Source: a virus
Taxonomy: Duplodnaviria; Caudoviricetes
IMG/VR virus record: IMGVR_UViG_3300022183_000026
Location: 1 to 34,359 of that record
Reading direction: 5' to 3' (one strand)
DNA: 34,359 bases
The translations under genes and the position numbers were made by a program. Below the pieces are notes generated by a model. The model was given only the letters and a program-made list of their open reading frames with translations. It ran no database searches and had not been told where the DNA came from. Below, in pieces: positions 1 to 7,474 of this stretch (position 1 is its first letter; the number at the start of each line of letters is the position of its first letter).

Positions 1-126
1 GGGCTATCGAAGACCCGCGCCGGACGCATTGCACAGACGGAGATGAATGCCGCCGCCAACTGGGGGAGCCTTGAAGCGGGCAAGTCCGCAGGGATGACGC
101 GCAAGGAATGGGTTACGGCGGGGGAT
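1..126 (+). repeat. Exact 126-bp terminal direct repeat, copy 1 (circular/assembly overlap)
   Basis: Identical to 34133-34258 by direct comparison. Confidence 0.95.
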
Positions 127-279
127 AAACGTGTACGGGATCAGCACAAGCCTTTGAACGGCAGAGTAATAGGCATTGACGAAGAGTTCGACAACGGCCT
201 TCTATATCCTTCAGAACCCGGCAAAGACAAACCGTCCGAAGTGATAGGATGCCGTTGCCAAATTGTATTCTTGCCATGA
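1..279 (+). CDS. C-terminal part of MuF/SPP1 gp7-like minor head protein (continues across the circular junction from 33728)
   Basis: RIAQTE...KEWVTAGD.RVRDQH..LNG...GCRC motif set typical of Phage_Mu_F; frame continuous with the ORF at the window end. Confidence 0.9.
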   Translation, partial: GLSKTRAGRIAQTEMNAAANWGSLEAGKSAGMTRKEWVTAGDKRVRDQHKPLNGRVIGIDEEFDNGLLYPSEPGKDKPSEVIGCRCQIVFLP

Positions 280-548
280 CAGCCTGGTTCAATAGATTAT
301 CACCAACCTGGCAATCACTTGTCGTTATTGCCTTCGCCGTGGCCTTCGGGTTCGTTATAGCCGGGGCCGTCGCTACGGCTACCGATATCCCCGAACTTGT
401 AGAAGAGAACCAGAAAGACATACAGCGACTTAGTACGCGAGTACAGAAGATCGAAGTGAATCAGCGGGACATACTAGAGGCGATCCAATTAGGTAACTGC
501 CTTAACCTATCCGCAGCACGTAACACACCTTATCAAGAATGCTTGTAA
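276..548 (+). CDS. Small membrane protein (one TM helix plus coiled coil)
   Basis: ATG overlaps the upstream TGA (ATGA); hydrophobic LVVIAFAVAFGFVIAGAVA followed by a heptad-like segment. Confidence 0.7.
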   Translation: MTAWFNRLSPTWQSLVVIAFAVAFGFVIAGAVATATDIPELVEENQKDIQRLSTRVQKIEVNQRDILEAIQLGNCLNLSAARNTPYQECL

Positions 549-1405
549 TGAAACGACTTTCAGCTTTTATACTTCTGTTTGCCTTCGCCTTTTCAGCCTA
601 CGGGCAGACGGGTGAAGAGCGCGATGCTGCGGGCAACGGCATACGGTCGGACTTCTACCTTGAGATCATCAAGGGCGATGTGCGCGATCATAGCCACGTT
701 GACAAGTTCGGCGCGGCAAACGACGTAGGCACGGCATGGACCATCGTATCGTCTTCTAAGACGTATCAGACACCGACAACGGCGCAGGCGTTGGAGCTCG
801 TATCTGCCTCTGCCGATGACTCGCTGGGCGGCTCTGGGATAAACAACCTATGCGTCGAAGGGCTCGGATCGGGATGGCAGCCCTTGACGCAATGCAAGGA
901 CACGGACGGCACAAGCGCAGTGGCCTTCGATTCAAGCATGGTGCGCCTGTTTCGTATCTACGGCGGTTCTTCGGGTTCGTATGCTACGACGGCAGGATCA
1001 TCGCAGGCGGGCATTATCACGGTGCGCGGATCGGGCGGCGGCGTTACGTGGGGCACCCTGAATACGGAGTCATCGTTCGGCTTCGGGCAGTCGCTGATCG
1101 GGGCGTACACGGTCCCGCGTGGCTACACGGCTTATGTTTCGGGCTATCACGTTGACGTTGAGGGCACGAAGTCACCTGACGTTGCTTTCTTTAAGCGATG
1201 CAATGCCGATGATGCCGTGACCCCGTACACGGGCGTGATGCGATTGCAGGCACTACACCGTGGCGCAGACGAGTCGTTCGACGTAGCGCATCAGATACCC
1301 CTCGGCCCCTTCCCCGGCCCGTGTGACATCGGATTCTTCAGCAAGGTTCCTTCGGGCACGGCTGACGTATCGGTGCAGTTCGAGATCGTCTTGGTCAAAG
1401 AATGA
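548..1405 (+). CDS. Secreted or virion-associated beta-rich hypothetical protein with signal peptide
   Basis: TAATG coupling; MKRLSAFILLFAFAFSAYG|Q signal peptide; Gly/Ser/Thr-rich body. Confidence 0.75.
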   Translation: MKRLSAFILLFAFAFSAYGQTGEERDAAGNGIRSDFYLEIIKGDVRDHSHVDKFGAANDVGTAWTIVSSSKTYQTPTTAQALELVSASADDSLGGSGINNLCVEGLGSGWQPLTQCKDTDGTSAVAFDSSMVRLFRIYGGSSGSYATTAGSSQAGIITVRGSGGGVTWGTLNTESSFGFGQSLIGAYTVPRGYTAYVSGYHVDVEGTKSPDVAFFKRCNADDAVTPYTGVMRLQALHRGADESFDVAHQIPLGPFPGPCDIGFFSKVPSGTADVSVQFEIVLVKE

Positions 1406-1503
1406 GGGTCGGGATATACATACCGAGCAAATGGCGGGACGGTAGCGTATTTGTCGTTCACAGTTATTACCTTGATGCATTCGTAAGGCTTGACCTGAAC
1501 TGA
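1402..1503 (+). CDS. 33-aa hypothetical protein (MRVGIYIPSKW...RLDLN)
   Basis: Not in the ORF track; coupled on both sides (ATGA and TGATG overlaps). Confidence 0.5.
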   Translation: MRVGIYIPSKWRDGSVFVVHSYYLDAFVRLDLN

Positions 1504-1676
1504 TGGAATACCTGTACCGCTATACCGACAATCGCGGGGGCTTGGTCAAGATCGACCACCCGATGAAGGACGCGGCCAAGACCGAATGGCAGGGTCGCCC
1601 CGTTAAGCGCGTTATTGAAGGCGGTACGGGGTTCGTGTTGAAGGGGCCAGGATTCTATAAGAACGACTACAAGTGA
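1503..1676 (+). CDS. FmdB-family (CxxC_CxxC_SSSS)-like small protein lacking the cysteines, 57 aa
   Basis: Not in the ORF track; MEYLYRY...HPMKD...VKRVIEGGTGFVLKGPGFYKNDYK matches the FmdB C-terminal GF.FKG.GFY.TDY signature. Confidence 0.7.
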   Translation: MEYLYRYTDNRGGLVKIDHPMKDAAKTEWQGRPVKRVIEGGTGFVLKGPGFYKNDYK

Positions 1677-2050
1677 AACGCCTCCTACTCATACCATTTA
1701 TGGTACTACTAACGATACCATCAACGGCGCAAGACAGCACCGCCGTAGCCTTTGATTCCTGGGATATTGCCTATCATGTGTTCAGCGGCAAGGATTATCT
1801 CCGCGTCATGGACAGCCCGTATAAAGAGGCAAGGGCGATATTCGTGTATCAGACGCACTACCTACAATCGGTTCACGTATTCGACAGCGGGTGCGCGAAC
1901 TACCTGCCGTCACGACGCGGCACAGATGCCGTGTTGAAGCGTTCTAGCACAAGCTGTTCGATGTACCGCTTCTACATGGATCAGATCACGGCGTACATAG
2001 ATGGGAAACCCGAACGCAAAAAAGGCCCGGTGTCACTTGATGAGTGGTAA
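1673..2050 (+). CDS. Secreted hypothetical protein
   Basis: GTGA overlap; signal peptide MKRLLLIPFMVLLTIPSTA|Q. Confidence 0.7.
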   Translation: MKRLLLIPFMVLLTIPSTAQDSTAVAFDSWDIAYHVFSGKDYLRVMDSPYKEARAIFVYQTHYLQSVHVFDSGCANYLPSRRGTDAVLKRSSTSCSMYRFYMDQITAYIDGKPERKKGPVSLDEW

Positions 2051-2204
2051 AACAAAAAAGCAAGCCTACCTAGAGTATGTGATGCGCCTTGCCCTTCGCG
2101 TCTGGGATGACGAGATAGCGGAGTTCCGCGTGATGAAGAACCGCAACGGAGTCAGCGTACTACCTACGCGGCGGGAGTTCTTTACGGAGGGAGACAAGAA
2201 ATAA
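2040..2204 (+). CDS. Small hypothetical protein (MSGKTKKQAYLEY...)
   Basis: Fills the gap in the operon and overlaps the upstream stop; start chosen at the second ATG. Confidence 0.55.
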   Translation: MSGKTKKQAYLEYVMRLALRVWDDEIAEFRVMKNRNGVSVLPTRREFFTEGDKK

Positions 2205-2205
2205 T

Positions 2206-2234
2206 TTGCTTTATTGGTTCGCCGACTGTAATAT
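2206..2234 (+). promoter_or_regulatory. Sigma70-like promoter for the methyltransferase, probably giving a leaderless mRNA
   Basis: TTGCTT-17 nt-TAATAT; predicted +1 falls at about the A of ATG 2241. Confidence 0.55.
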
Positions 2235-2240
2235 GACCGT

Positions 2241-3077
2241 ATGACAGTAGGATCATTATTCAGCGGAATCGGCGGCTTGGACCTCGGCCTTGAGTGGGCG
2301 GGGTTTGAGACAAAGTGGTTCTGTGAAATTGAGCCGTTTCCGCGCAAGGTGCTAGAGAAGCATTGGCCGGGTGTACCAATAATAGAGGATGTGCGTGATG
2401 TCACAAAAGGAAATGTTCAACCAGTCGATGTCATCGTCGGTGGATTCCCATGCCAAGACATCTCATGGGCCGGTAAGGGGCGAGGAATTGATTACGACCT
2501 ATCTGGCAAGGAGGGAACCCGGTCTGGTCTTTGGTGGGAGATGTGGCGCGTCATACGCGATCTTCGACCCCGATACGTCATTGCTGAAAACGTACCAGCA
2601 CTCACTCATAGAGGACTCGACATTGTACTCGGAAGCCTTGCCCAAATCGGGTATGATGCGGAGTGGCAGACTATATCAGCGGCAAGCGTGGGTGCCCCGC
2701 ACATTAGAGAGCGAGTGTTCATTGTGGCCTACCCTTGCGGCATCAGATCACATGAGCCCATCTCCGGGTACGGCCATTCGGAAGTCGAATGGGCAGGATC
2801 GGGATTCGGGTGCGAAAATAGGATCTTCGATAAGGTGGGACGAAAGAATACTGAATTTGGCTCGCCGGACTTTTGGCCTTCCGGGGAATGGGATGCCCAC
2901 CTCGCGACAGATGCGTGTATCTCTGACATGGGCAGAAAACCACATGGGATTCCCGACTCATTGGACACGTATGGACACAGAACTAAAGGACTCGGAAATG
3001 CCGTAGTCCCGCAGGTCGGCTATTTGGTCGGCAGAGCTGTAATGGCACACGCATTCGCGCAAGCGGATAACCGTTAA
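2241..3077 (+). CDS. dcm: DNA cytosine-C5 methyltransferase, alpha polypeptide (motifs I-VIII and X)
   Basis: LFSGIGG (I), GGFPCQ (IV), ENV (VI), HIRERVF (VIII), GLGNAVVP (X); no motif IX in this frame. Confidence 0.95.
   Translation: MTVGSLFSGIGGLDLGLEWAGFETKWFCEIEPFPRKVLEKHWPGVPIIEDVRDVTKGNVQPVDVIVGGFPCQDISWAGKGRGIDYDLSGKEGTRSGLWWEMWRVIRDLRPRYVIAENVPALTHRGLDIVLGSLAQIGYDAEWQTISAASVGAPHIRERVFIVAYPCGIRSHEPISGYGHSEVEWAGSGFGCENRIFDKVGRKNTEFGSPDFWPSGEWDAHLATDACISDMGRKPHGIPDSLDTYGHRTKGLGNAVVPQVGYLVGRAVMAHAFAQADNR
2389..3006 (+). CDS. Nested +1-frame ORF: beta polypeptide of the C5-methyltransferase (TRD-like region and motif IX)
   Basis: 205 sense codons wholly inside dcm; carries LWPT and WAENHMGFPTHWT, a motif IX-like (E..RLQGFP) segment; same layout as M.EcoHK31I. 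Confidence 0.75.
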   Translation: MCVMSQKEMFNQSMSSSVDSHAKTSHGPVRGEELITTYLARREPGLVFGGRCGASYAIFDPDTSLLKTYQHSLIEDSTLYSEALPKSGMMRSGRLYQRQAWVPRTLESECSLWPTLAASDHMSPSPGTAIRKSNGQDRDSGAKIGSSIRWDERILNLARRTFGLPGNGMPTSRQMRVSLTWAENHMGFPTHWTRMDTELKDSEMP

Positions 3078-3106
3078 CCTATAACTAGGTGCAACGGTCA
3101 AGGGGG

Positions 3107-3141
3107 AAGGGGTCATCGTGGGGCGGTGGCCCTTTTCTTTT
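3107..3141 (+). terminator. Intrinsic terminator after dcm
   Basis: AAGGGGTCATCG-TGGGG-CGGTGGCCCTTT hairpin followed by TCTTTT. Confidence 0.8.
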
Positions 3142-3145
3142 GCTA

Positions 3146-3175
3146 TTGAACATCACCGCTATTATTTCGTATATT
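3146..3175 (+). promoter_or_regulatory. Putative late promoter for the head-tail operon
   Basis: TTGAAC-18 nt-TATATT; the 12-mer ATTTCGTATATT (3164-3175) recurs exactly at 25391-25402. Confidence 0.6.
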
Positions 3176-3181
3176 AGCACA

Positions 3182-3315
3182 TAGCGCAGGGCTTCACTGG
3201 GGAGTGACTCGAAAGCCGCAGGTAGGCGGTGCGCTGAATCTACCACACATTAAAAGCGAAACCTCACCAACTGAGGCCATTGTTTCCATTTGGAAGCGGT
3301 GGCCTCTTTTTGTTT
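3182..3315 (+). ncRNA. Structured 5' leader with a terminator/antiterminator arrangement
   Basis: AGCGCA...TGCGCT closes two internal hairpins; 15-bp hairpin 3273-3306 plus TTTTTGTTT directly before ATG 3316; competing CCTCA/TGAGG hairpin at 3262-3276. Confidence 0.55.
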
Positions 3316-5142
3316 ATGGACCACACCGAATCAAGCCTGATGACGATCCAGGGCGGCGAACTGAAAGCCCTCGGAGATATGCGCGTAGGCGGCTGGCTTG
3401 TCAAGTTCTCCGATGCCGACAGCCCCGATCTAACGGGGGACTTCTTTACGAAGGACACGCGCTTTGGGAATACCAAGTTCAGCCCGATCCTGCTTGAGCA
3501 TTCGATGGACCCTGACCTGGGTGACATTGAACTAGGCGAAGTAGAGCATAAGACGATGGACCTCGGAATCTGGGTCGAAGGCAAACTGCAAGCTCGCGGC
3601 GAATACGAATCGTTCCTTGACGGGCAGTTCGGGGATAAGGGATCAGAGAAGTTCTTGAAGGCTGTGTACGGCCTCGTAGAAGCGGGGAAGATGGGATGGT
3701 CCTCCGGCGTACCCGCGCACCGCGTAAGGCGCGAGCCTGTTAACGACGAGGCAACCGGGTCCGTCAAAGCATGGAAGATCACTAAGTGGCCTTTAGGGTT
3801 GGATGCGTCATTGACGGTGCAGCCCGCAGAGCCTACGGCGACTGCCCAGGCAATTAAATCAATACTCGCTAACGAAGAAGCTGAAGGGACAACGGCGCAG
3901 ACCGAGGGTAAATCGGGCGACGTTGCGGAAGTGGATTCGGTGGCACCCGCGCAGGAAACTGCAAATGTAGAAACCGAAACCATTGGAGAAATGGAAGAAA
4001 CCAAAAACACGCAGGAAACGCCGGATAACGGCCCCCTGCAAGACACGCTCAAAAGCATTGAGGCCCTTCTGACAAAACAGAACGAACGCCTCGACGCTAT
4101 TGAAAACCGCGAAGAGCCGAAGCAAGAAGTCAAGGCTATCACGGAAACCAAAGCCGCCGGAATCATCACCAAGCGCGGTGATAGCATGAAGGACGCTTTT
4201 GCCCATTGGATGAAGACGGGCGACCGTAAGGCCGTTGCCGGACTCGTCACGATGAACGAACGCGGGCAGGAAGTCGTGGAAATCAAGGCGTCAAACGCCA
4301 CAGATATGAACACGACCACGGCGGCCGATGGTGGCAACACCGTCACTGACGATATGCACACGGAGATCATTCGCCGTGCTGATGAGATGAGTCTAGCGAC
4401 ACGCGCAGGCGTTCGCCGGTTCCGCTCTTCGGCCAACGTGCTTGATATCCCGATTGACAACGAAGCCGATTCGGAGTTCGTTGCTACGACCGAAGCGAAT
4501 ACATTTGACCAGGATTCCCCGGCAATCGGTCAGAAGGTACTCACCAAAGTCGCCTACACGAAGTATGCCGACGTTTCATATCAGCTGCTCGAAGCATCTT
4601 CGGCAGACGTTATGGACTTCGTTATGGATCGCGTTGCTATCGGTAAAGCCAAGACGGACAACGACCTTTTGATCTCCGAAGTGGAGTCGAACGGTACGCA
4701 GTTCAAAATCTTCGCTGGCACTGCGGCTATCGCAGTGGACGAACTGGAACCGATCGCATTGAATAACACCAATGCCTGGTACGTCCAGAACCCGTCAGAC
4801 GCGAAGTGGATCATGGCCCCGGCCACGCATCAGGCAATCCAGTTACTTGATGACGCGAATGATCGCCGCTACTTCGGAAACCAGCAGGGTGGCCCTCGGG
4901 AAATCCTCGGCTCCGAAGTGCTGTACTCCAACAAGGTTGACGCTATCGGCTCGGGCCTCAAGCCTGTTCTGTTCGGTAACTTCAACTACGTTGCACAGCT
5001 TGAAGACCCATCGTTGCAGTTCCTCCGTGACCCGTACACGGTCGCTGTAAGCGGTCAGGTTCGCTTGCTGTGGTACTACCGCACGGCGTTTGGTGTATTG
5101 CAGGCAGGTGCCGTAGGGTACGGTCGCAACATCACCACCTAA
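3316..5142 (+). CDS. Fused prohead protease / scaffold / HK97-fold major capsid protein
   Basis: N-terminal DL.GDFF, LLEH, GIWVEGKL, GWSSG and ASLT..PAEP protease motifs; acidic linker; C-terminal ADGG.TV and ILG..V..S...LFGNF...LRDPY capsid motifs; ATG 3316 preferred to TTG 3280, which lies inside the hairpin. Confidence 0.9.
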   Translation: MDHTESSLMTIQGGELKALGDMRVGGWLVKFSDADSPDLTGDFFTKDTRFGNTKFSPILLEHSMDPDLGDIELGEVEHKTMDLGIWVEGKLQARGEYESFLDGQFGDKGSEKFLKAVYGLVEAGKMGWSSGVPAHRVRREPVNDEATGSVKAWKITKWPLGLDASLTVQPAEPTATAQAIKSILANEEAEGTTAQTEGKSGDVAEVDSVAPAQETANVETETIGEMEETKNTQETPDNGPLQDTLKSIEALLTKQNERLDAIENREEPKQEVKAITETKAAGIITKRGDSMKDAFAHWMKTGDRKAVAGLVTMNERGQEVVEIKASNATDMNTTTAADGGNTVTDDMHTEIIRRADEMSLATRAGVRRFRSSANVLDIPIDNEADSEFVATTEANTFDQDSPAIGQKVLTKVAYTKYADVSYQLLEASSADVMDFVMDRVAIGKAKTDNDLLISEVESNGTQFKIFAGTAAIAVDELEPIALNNTNAWYVQNPSDAKWIMAPATHQAIQLLDDANDRRYFGNQQGGPREILGSEVLYSNKVDAIGSGLKPVLFGNFNYVAQLEDPSLQFLRDPYTVAVSGQVRLLWYYRTAFGVLQAGAVGYGRNITT

Positions 5143-5149
5143 TAGGTAA

Positions 5150-5192
5150 GCCCCCTGTGACCCCGTAAGGTCATGGGGGGCAACCTTTTTTT
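5150..5192 (+). terminator. Intrinsic terminator after the capsid gene
   Basis: GCCCCCTGTGACC-CCGTAA-GGTCATGGGGGGC hairpin, then AACC and T7. Confidence 0.85.
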
Positions 5193-5196
5193 GATT

Positions 5197-5364
5197 ATGG
5201 CAAAGTATAAGTGCATCAAGTCGCTGGCCGGGTATCGTGACGGAAAGTTCTTTTCTCACGGTCAGGGCGACGAAGTAGACCTTCCGGCGAAGGACGAGTA
5301 CGTAAGAAAGGGGTTCTACGAAAAGGTGCCGACTAAGAAGGCACCGAAAGCCAAAAGCAAATGA
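5197..5364 (+). CDS. Small basic head-associated protein
   Basis: MAKYKCIKS...GDEVDL...KKAPKAK; typical position after the major capsid gene. Confidence 0.7.
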   Translation: MAKYKCIKSLAGYRDGKFFSHGQGDEVDLPAKDEYVRKGFYEKVPTKKAPKAKSK

Positions 5365-5939
5365 GCGTAACGGTAACAACTGCCCCAGCGTCTGAGCCTA
5401 TTTCCACGGCAGAAGCTAAGGAATGGCTACGCATCGACACGGCTGACACCTCACAGGATGCCGTTATAACGATCCTGATAAAGACGGTAAGGCAGAAGGT
5501 CGAAGAGTTCACGCGACGGGCGATGATTACGCAGACGATCACCTGGGAAGCAGCAGGCAAAGACGTTGCTCGGCAGGAGGTAGAACTACCCCGGCCCCCG
5601 GTGCAATCGGTAACGTCCTTCACCGTCTACAACGATGTGAACGGGTCGGAGACTACGGCGGTAGTAGGCACAAGCAACTATCAGCTTACAGAAGGCTCGG
5701 TCATTGTTGAACGGAATACAGGATGGGATATCAACCGCGCGAACCGTGCGGCTACAATCGTCTACGTTGCAGGTTACGGCGACGCATCTACGGACGTACC
5801 GGCACCCTTGCGCTTCGCTATGCTCAAGCTCCTAGCGATGTATTACGAACGGCGCGGCGATGAGGACAGGGACTTTGTTTCGAGTCGAGAGCAGGAGATC
5901 CTAGAAGACGTTCAAGACTACGTGGTCTACGGCTATTGA
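5361..5939 (+). CDS. Head-tail connector (HK97 gp6 / phiE125 gp8-like)
   Basis: PASEPIS..EAK..LRID, RAMITQT, LPRPPVQSV, Y.AGYG..VP..L..A motifs; synteny. Confidence 0.9.
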   Translation: MSVTVTTAPASEPISTAEAKEWLRIDTADTSQDAVITILIKTVRQKVEEFTRRAMITQTITWEAAGKDVARQEVELPRPPVQSVTSFTVYNDVNGSETTAVVGTSNYQLTEGSVIVERNTGWDINRANRAATIVYVAGYGDASTDVPAPLRFAMLKLLAMYYERRGDEDRDFVSSREQEILEDVQDYVVYGY

Positions 5940-6334
5940 TCGGAAAACTACGACATAGAATTACGTTCCAGCAGAACGAGTTCACGCGCACGAAGGGCGT
6001 TCGCTCCGACAACTGGATTGATGCCGCTACCGTATGGGCGCGGGTCGAGCCGTTACGCGGCACAGAGGTTACGGCGGCAAGCCAGAAGGAAGGCCGCAAC
6101 AGGCATAAGGTGACGCTTCGATACCGCCCGACGGTAACGGAGCAGTTCCAGTATTTAGACGGCACGGACTTCACGTTCTTAGACGGTGAGCTGTTTTTGT
6201 TCATCGGCACGGCAGACGAGGTGGAGTCACGGCTACGCATCAAATTCGGTAGCCGCTTCTTTGATATCCGCGATGTGCGCCAGCTATATCCTCACGACGA
6301 ACTGACGGTATTAGAGGTGGAGGAAGCAGCATGA
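5936..6334 (+). CDS. Head closure / head-tail adaptor (SPP1 gp16-like), copy 1
   Basis: IGKLRHRITFQ...W...ATVWA.VEPLRG.E...RI.FG.R.FDI. Confidence 0.85.
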   Translation: MIGKLRHRITFQQNEFTRTKGVRSDNWIDAATVWARVEPLRGTEVTAASQKEGRNRHKVTLRYRPTVTEQFQYLDGTDFTFLDGELFLFIGTADEVESRLRIKFGSRFFDIRDVRQLYPHDELTVLEVEEAA

Positions 6335-6660
6335 TCGGTACACTAGACAAGAGGGTAACGATAGAGAAGCGTTCCCTGACCCGCGTGAAGGGCGTGAAGA
6401 CCGCTGACGGATGGGCAACGATCGAAACCGTCTACGGCTCGCTTGAGCCGCTACGTGGCTACGAGCGGCGCGTTGCCGAACAGAACGGATTGATCGCCAC
6501 GCACAAGGTCGTGTTGCGCTACCGCGACGATCTGGACGGCGAAGAGTTACAGTATGATATGCGCTTCCTGATTGACGGCGCAGAGTACGAGGTGCGCGAA
6601 ATTAAAAACCCTGACTTCCGAAACAAGTGGTTTCAGGTCATGGTGGAGTCACGCCGATGA
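6331..6660 (+). CDS. Head closure / head-tail adaptor, copy 2
   Basis: IGTLDKRVTIE...W....TVYG.LEPLRG.E...THKV.LRYR...MRF..DG..YEV. Confidence 0.85.
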   Translation: MIGTLDKRVTIEKRSLTRVKGVKTADGWATIETVYGSLEPLRGYERRVAEQNGLIATHKVVLRYRDDLDGEELQYDMRFLIDGAEYEVREIKNPDFRNKWFQVMVESRR

Positions 6661-7076
6661 TTACCGTAGAAGTAGAGGGGCTGAATAGTGCCCTAGCAAA
6701 CATTCGCAAGTATTCTGCCGATGTGCAGAAGGACGTAACGAAGGCGTTGAACGACACGGCGCAGTTGGTGCGCCGTCAGGCTATCAAGAACGCACCAGTA
6801 AACAAGAAGAAGGGGTTTATCGGGACCAACCTTCGCCGCTCTATCACGGCAGACCCCGCCCGCAACTTCGCGGCATATGTCAATGCCCGCGTCAAATATG
6901 CAGAGTTCGTCGAATACGGCACAGGTCGTAGGGGCGCATCGTCTAACGTAGAAACGCCAATGACGTACAGCTACGGCCCGAAGCCAGGGATGAGGGCGCA
7001 GCCCTTTATGTGGCCTGCTATCGAATCGGAACGGCCCGCACACCTTCGCCGCTTGCGGCAGGCATTGAAGTTATGA
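6657..7076 (+). CDS. HK97 gp10-like tail component
   Basis: VEGL, NAPV, LRRSI, YAEFVEYGT, MRAQPFMWPA motifs. Confidence 0.9.
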   Translation: MITVEVEGLNSALANIRKYSADVQKDVTKALNDTAQLVRRQAIKNAPVNKKKGFIGTNLRRSITADPARNFAAYVNARVKYAEFVEYGTGRRGASSNVETPMTYSYGPKPGMRAQPFMWPAIESERPAHLRRLRQALKL

Positions 7077-7474
7077 ACGACCCACGCAACGCAGTACAGG
7101 ACACGGTATACGACCTGCTAAACGGGGCGGGCCTGACCGCGCTTGTTGATCCCGATGATAGCGATGCCCTGCCATACACGGTATTCGGCGACGCTACGTT
7201 CACGGTCGATGCCATGACTACGAAGACAACCGAGGGCACAGAGGTGGTTCATCAGTGCGTATCTTGGGCGACAGATCCCGACACGGCGCAGGCGAACGCT
7301 AACACGGGCCTTGCGGCGATTACCGACAGGACTATAACGGTGTCCGTTACAGGGTACGAAGTGAATGCGGTGCTACCGGACTTTGGTGGGCCGATTATAA
7401 AGGACGATTTGAGGCCGAACGAAACGTACTGGGGCGTCCCATACCGCGTTCGTTTCTGGCTCACACAGCAATGA
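7073..7474 (+). CDS. Tail terminator / tail completion protein (DUF3168-like)
   Basis: Q..VY..L, PY.VFG, KTTEG.EV motifs; synteny. Confidence 0.75.
   Translation: MNDPRNAVQDTVYDLLNGAGLTALVDPDDSDALPYTVFGDATFTVDAMTTKTTEGTEVVHQCVSWATDPDTAQANANTGLAAITDRTITVSVTGYEVNAVLPDFGGPIIKDDLRPNETYWGVPYRVRFWLTQQ

Noticed and set aside
1-126. Physical direct terminal repeats of the virion DNA
   Set aside because: The repeat lies mid-gene and is not at the very end of the contig. A PBSX-type terminase suggests headful packaging, so an assembly overlap is more likely.
127-227. Diversity-generating retroelement TR/VR pair with 34259-34359
   Set aside because: Differences involve all four bases and are largely at third codon positions rather than adenine-specific; no reverse transcriptase is present.
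3264-4460. 398-aa minus-strand ORF
   Set aside because: Antisense shadow of the protease-capsid gene; Ser-rich with no motifs.
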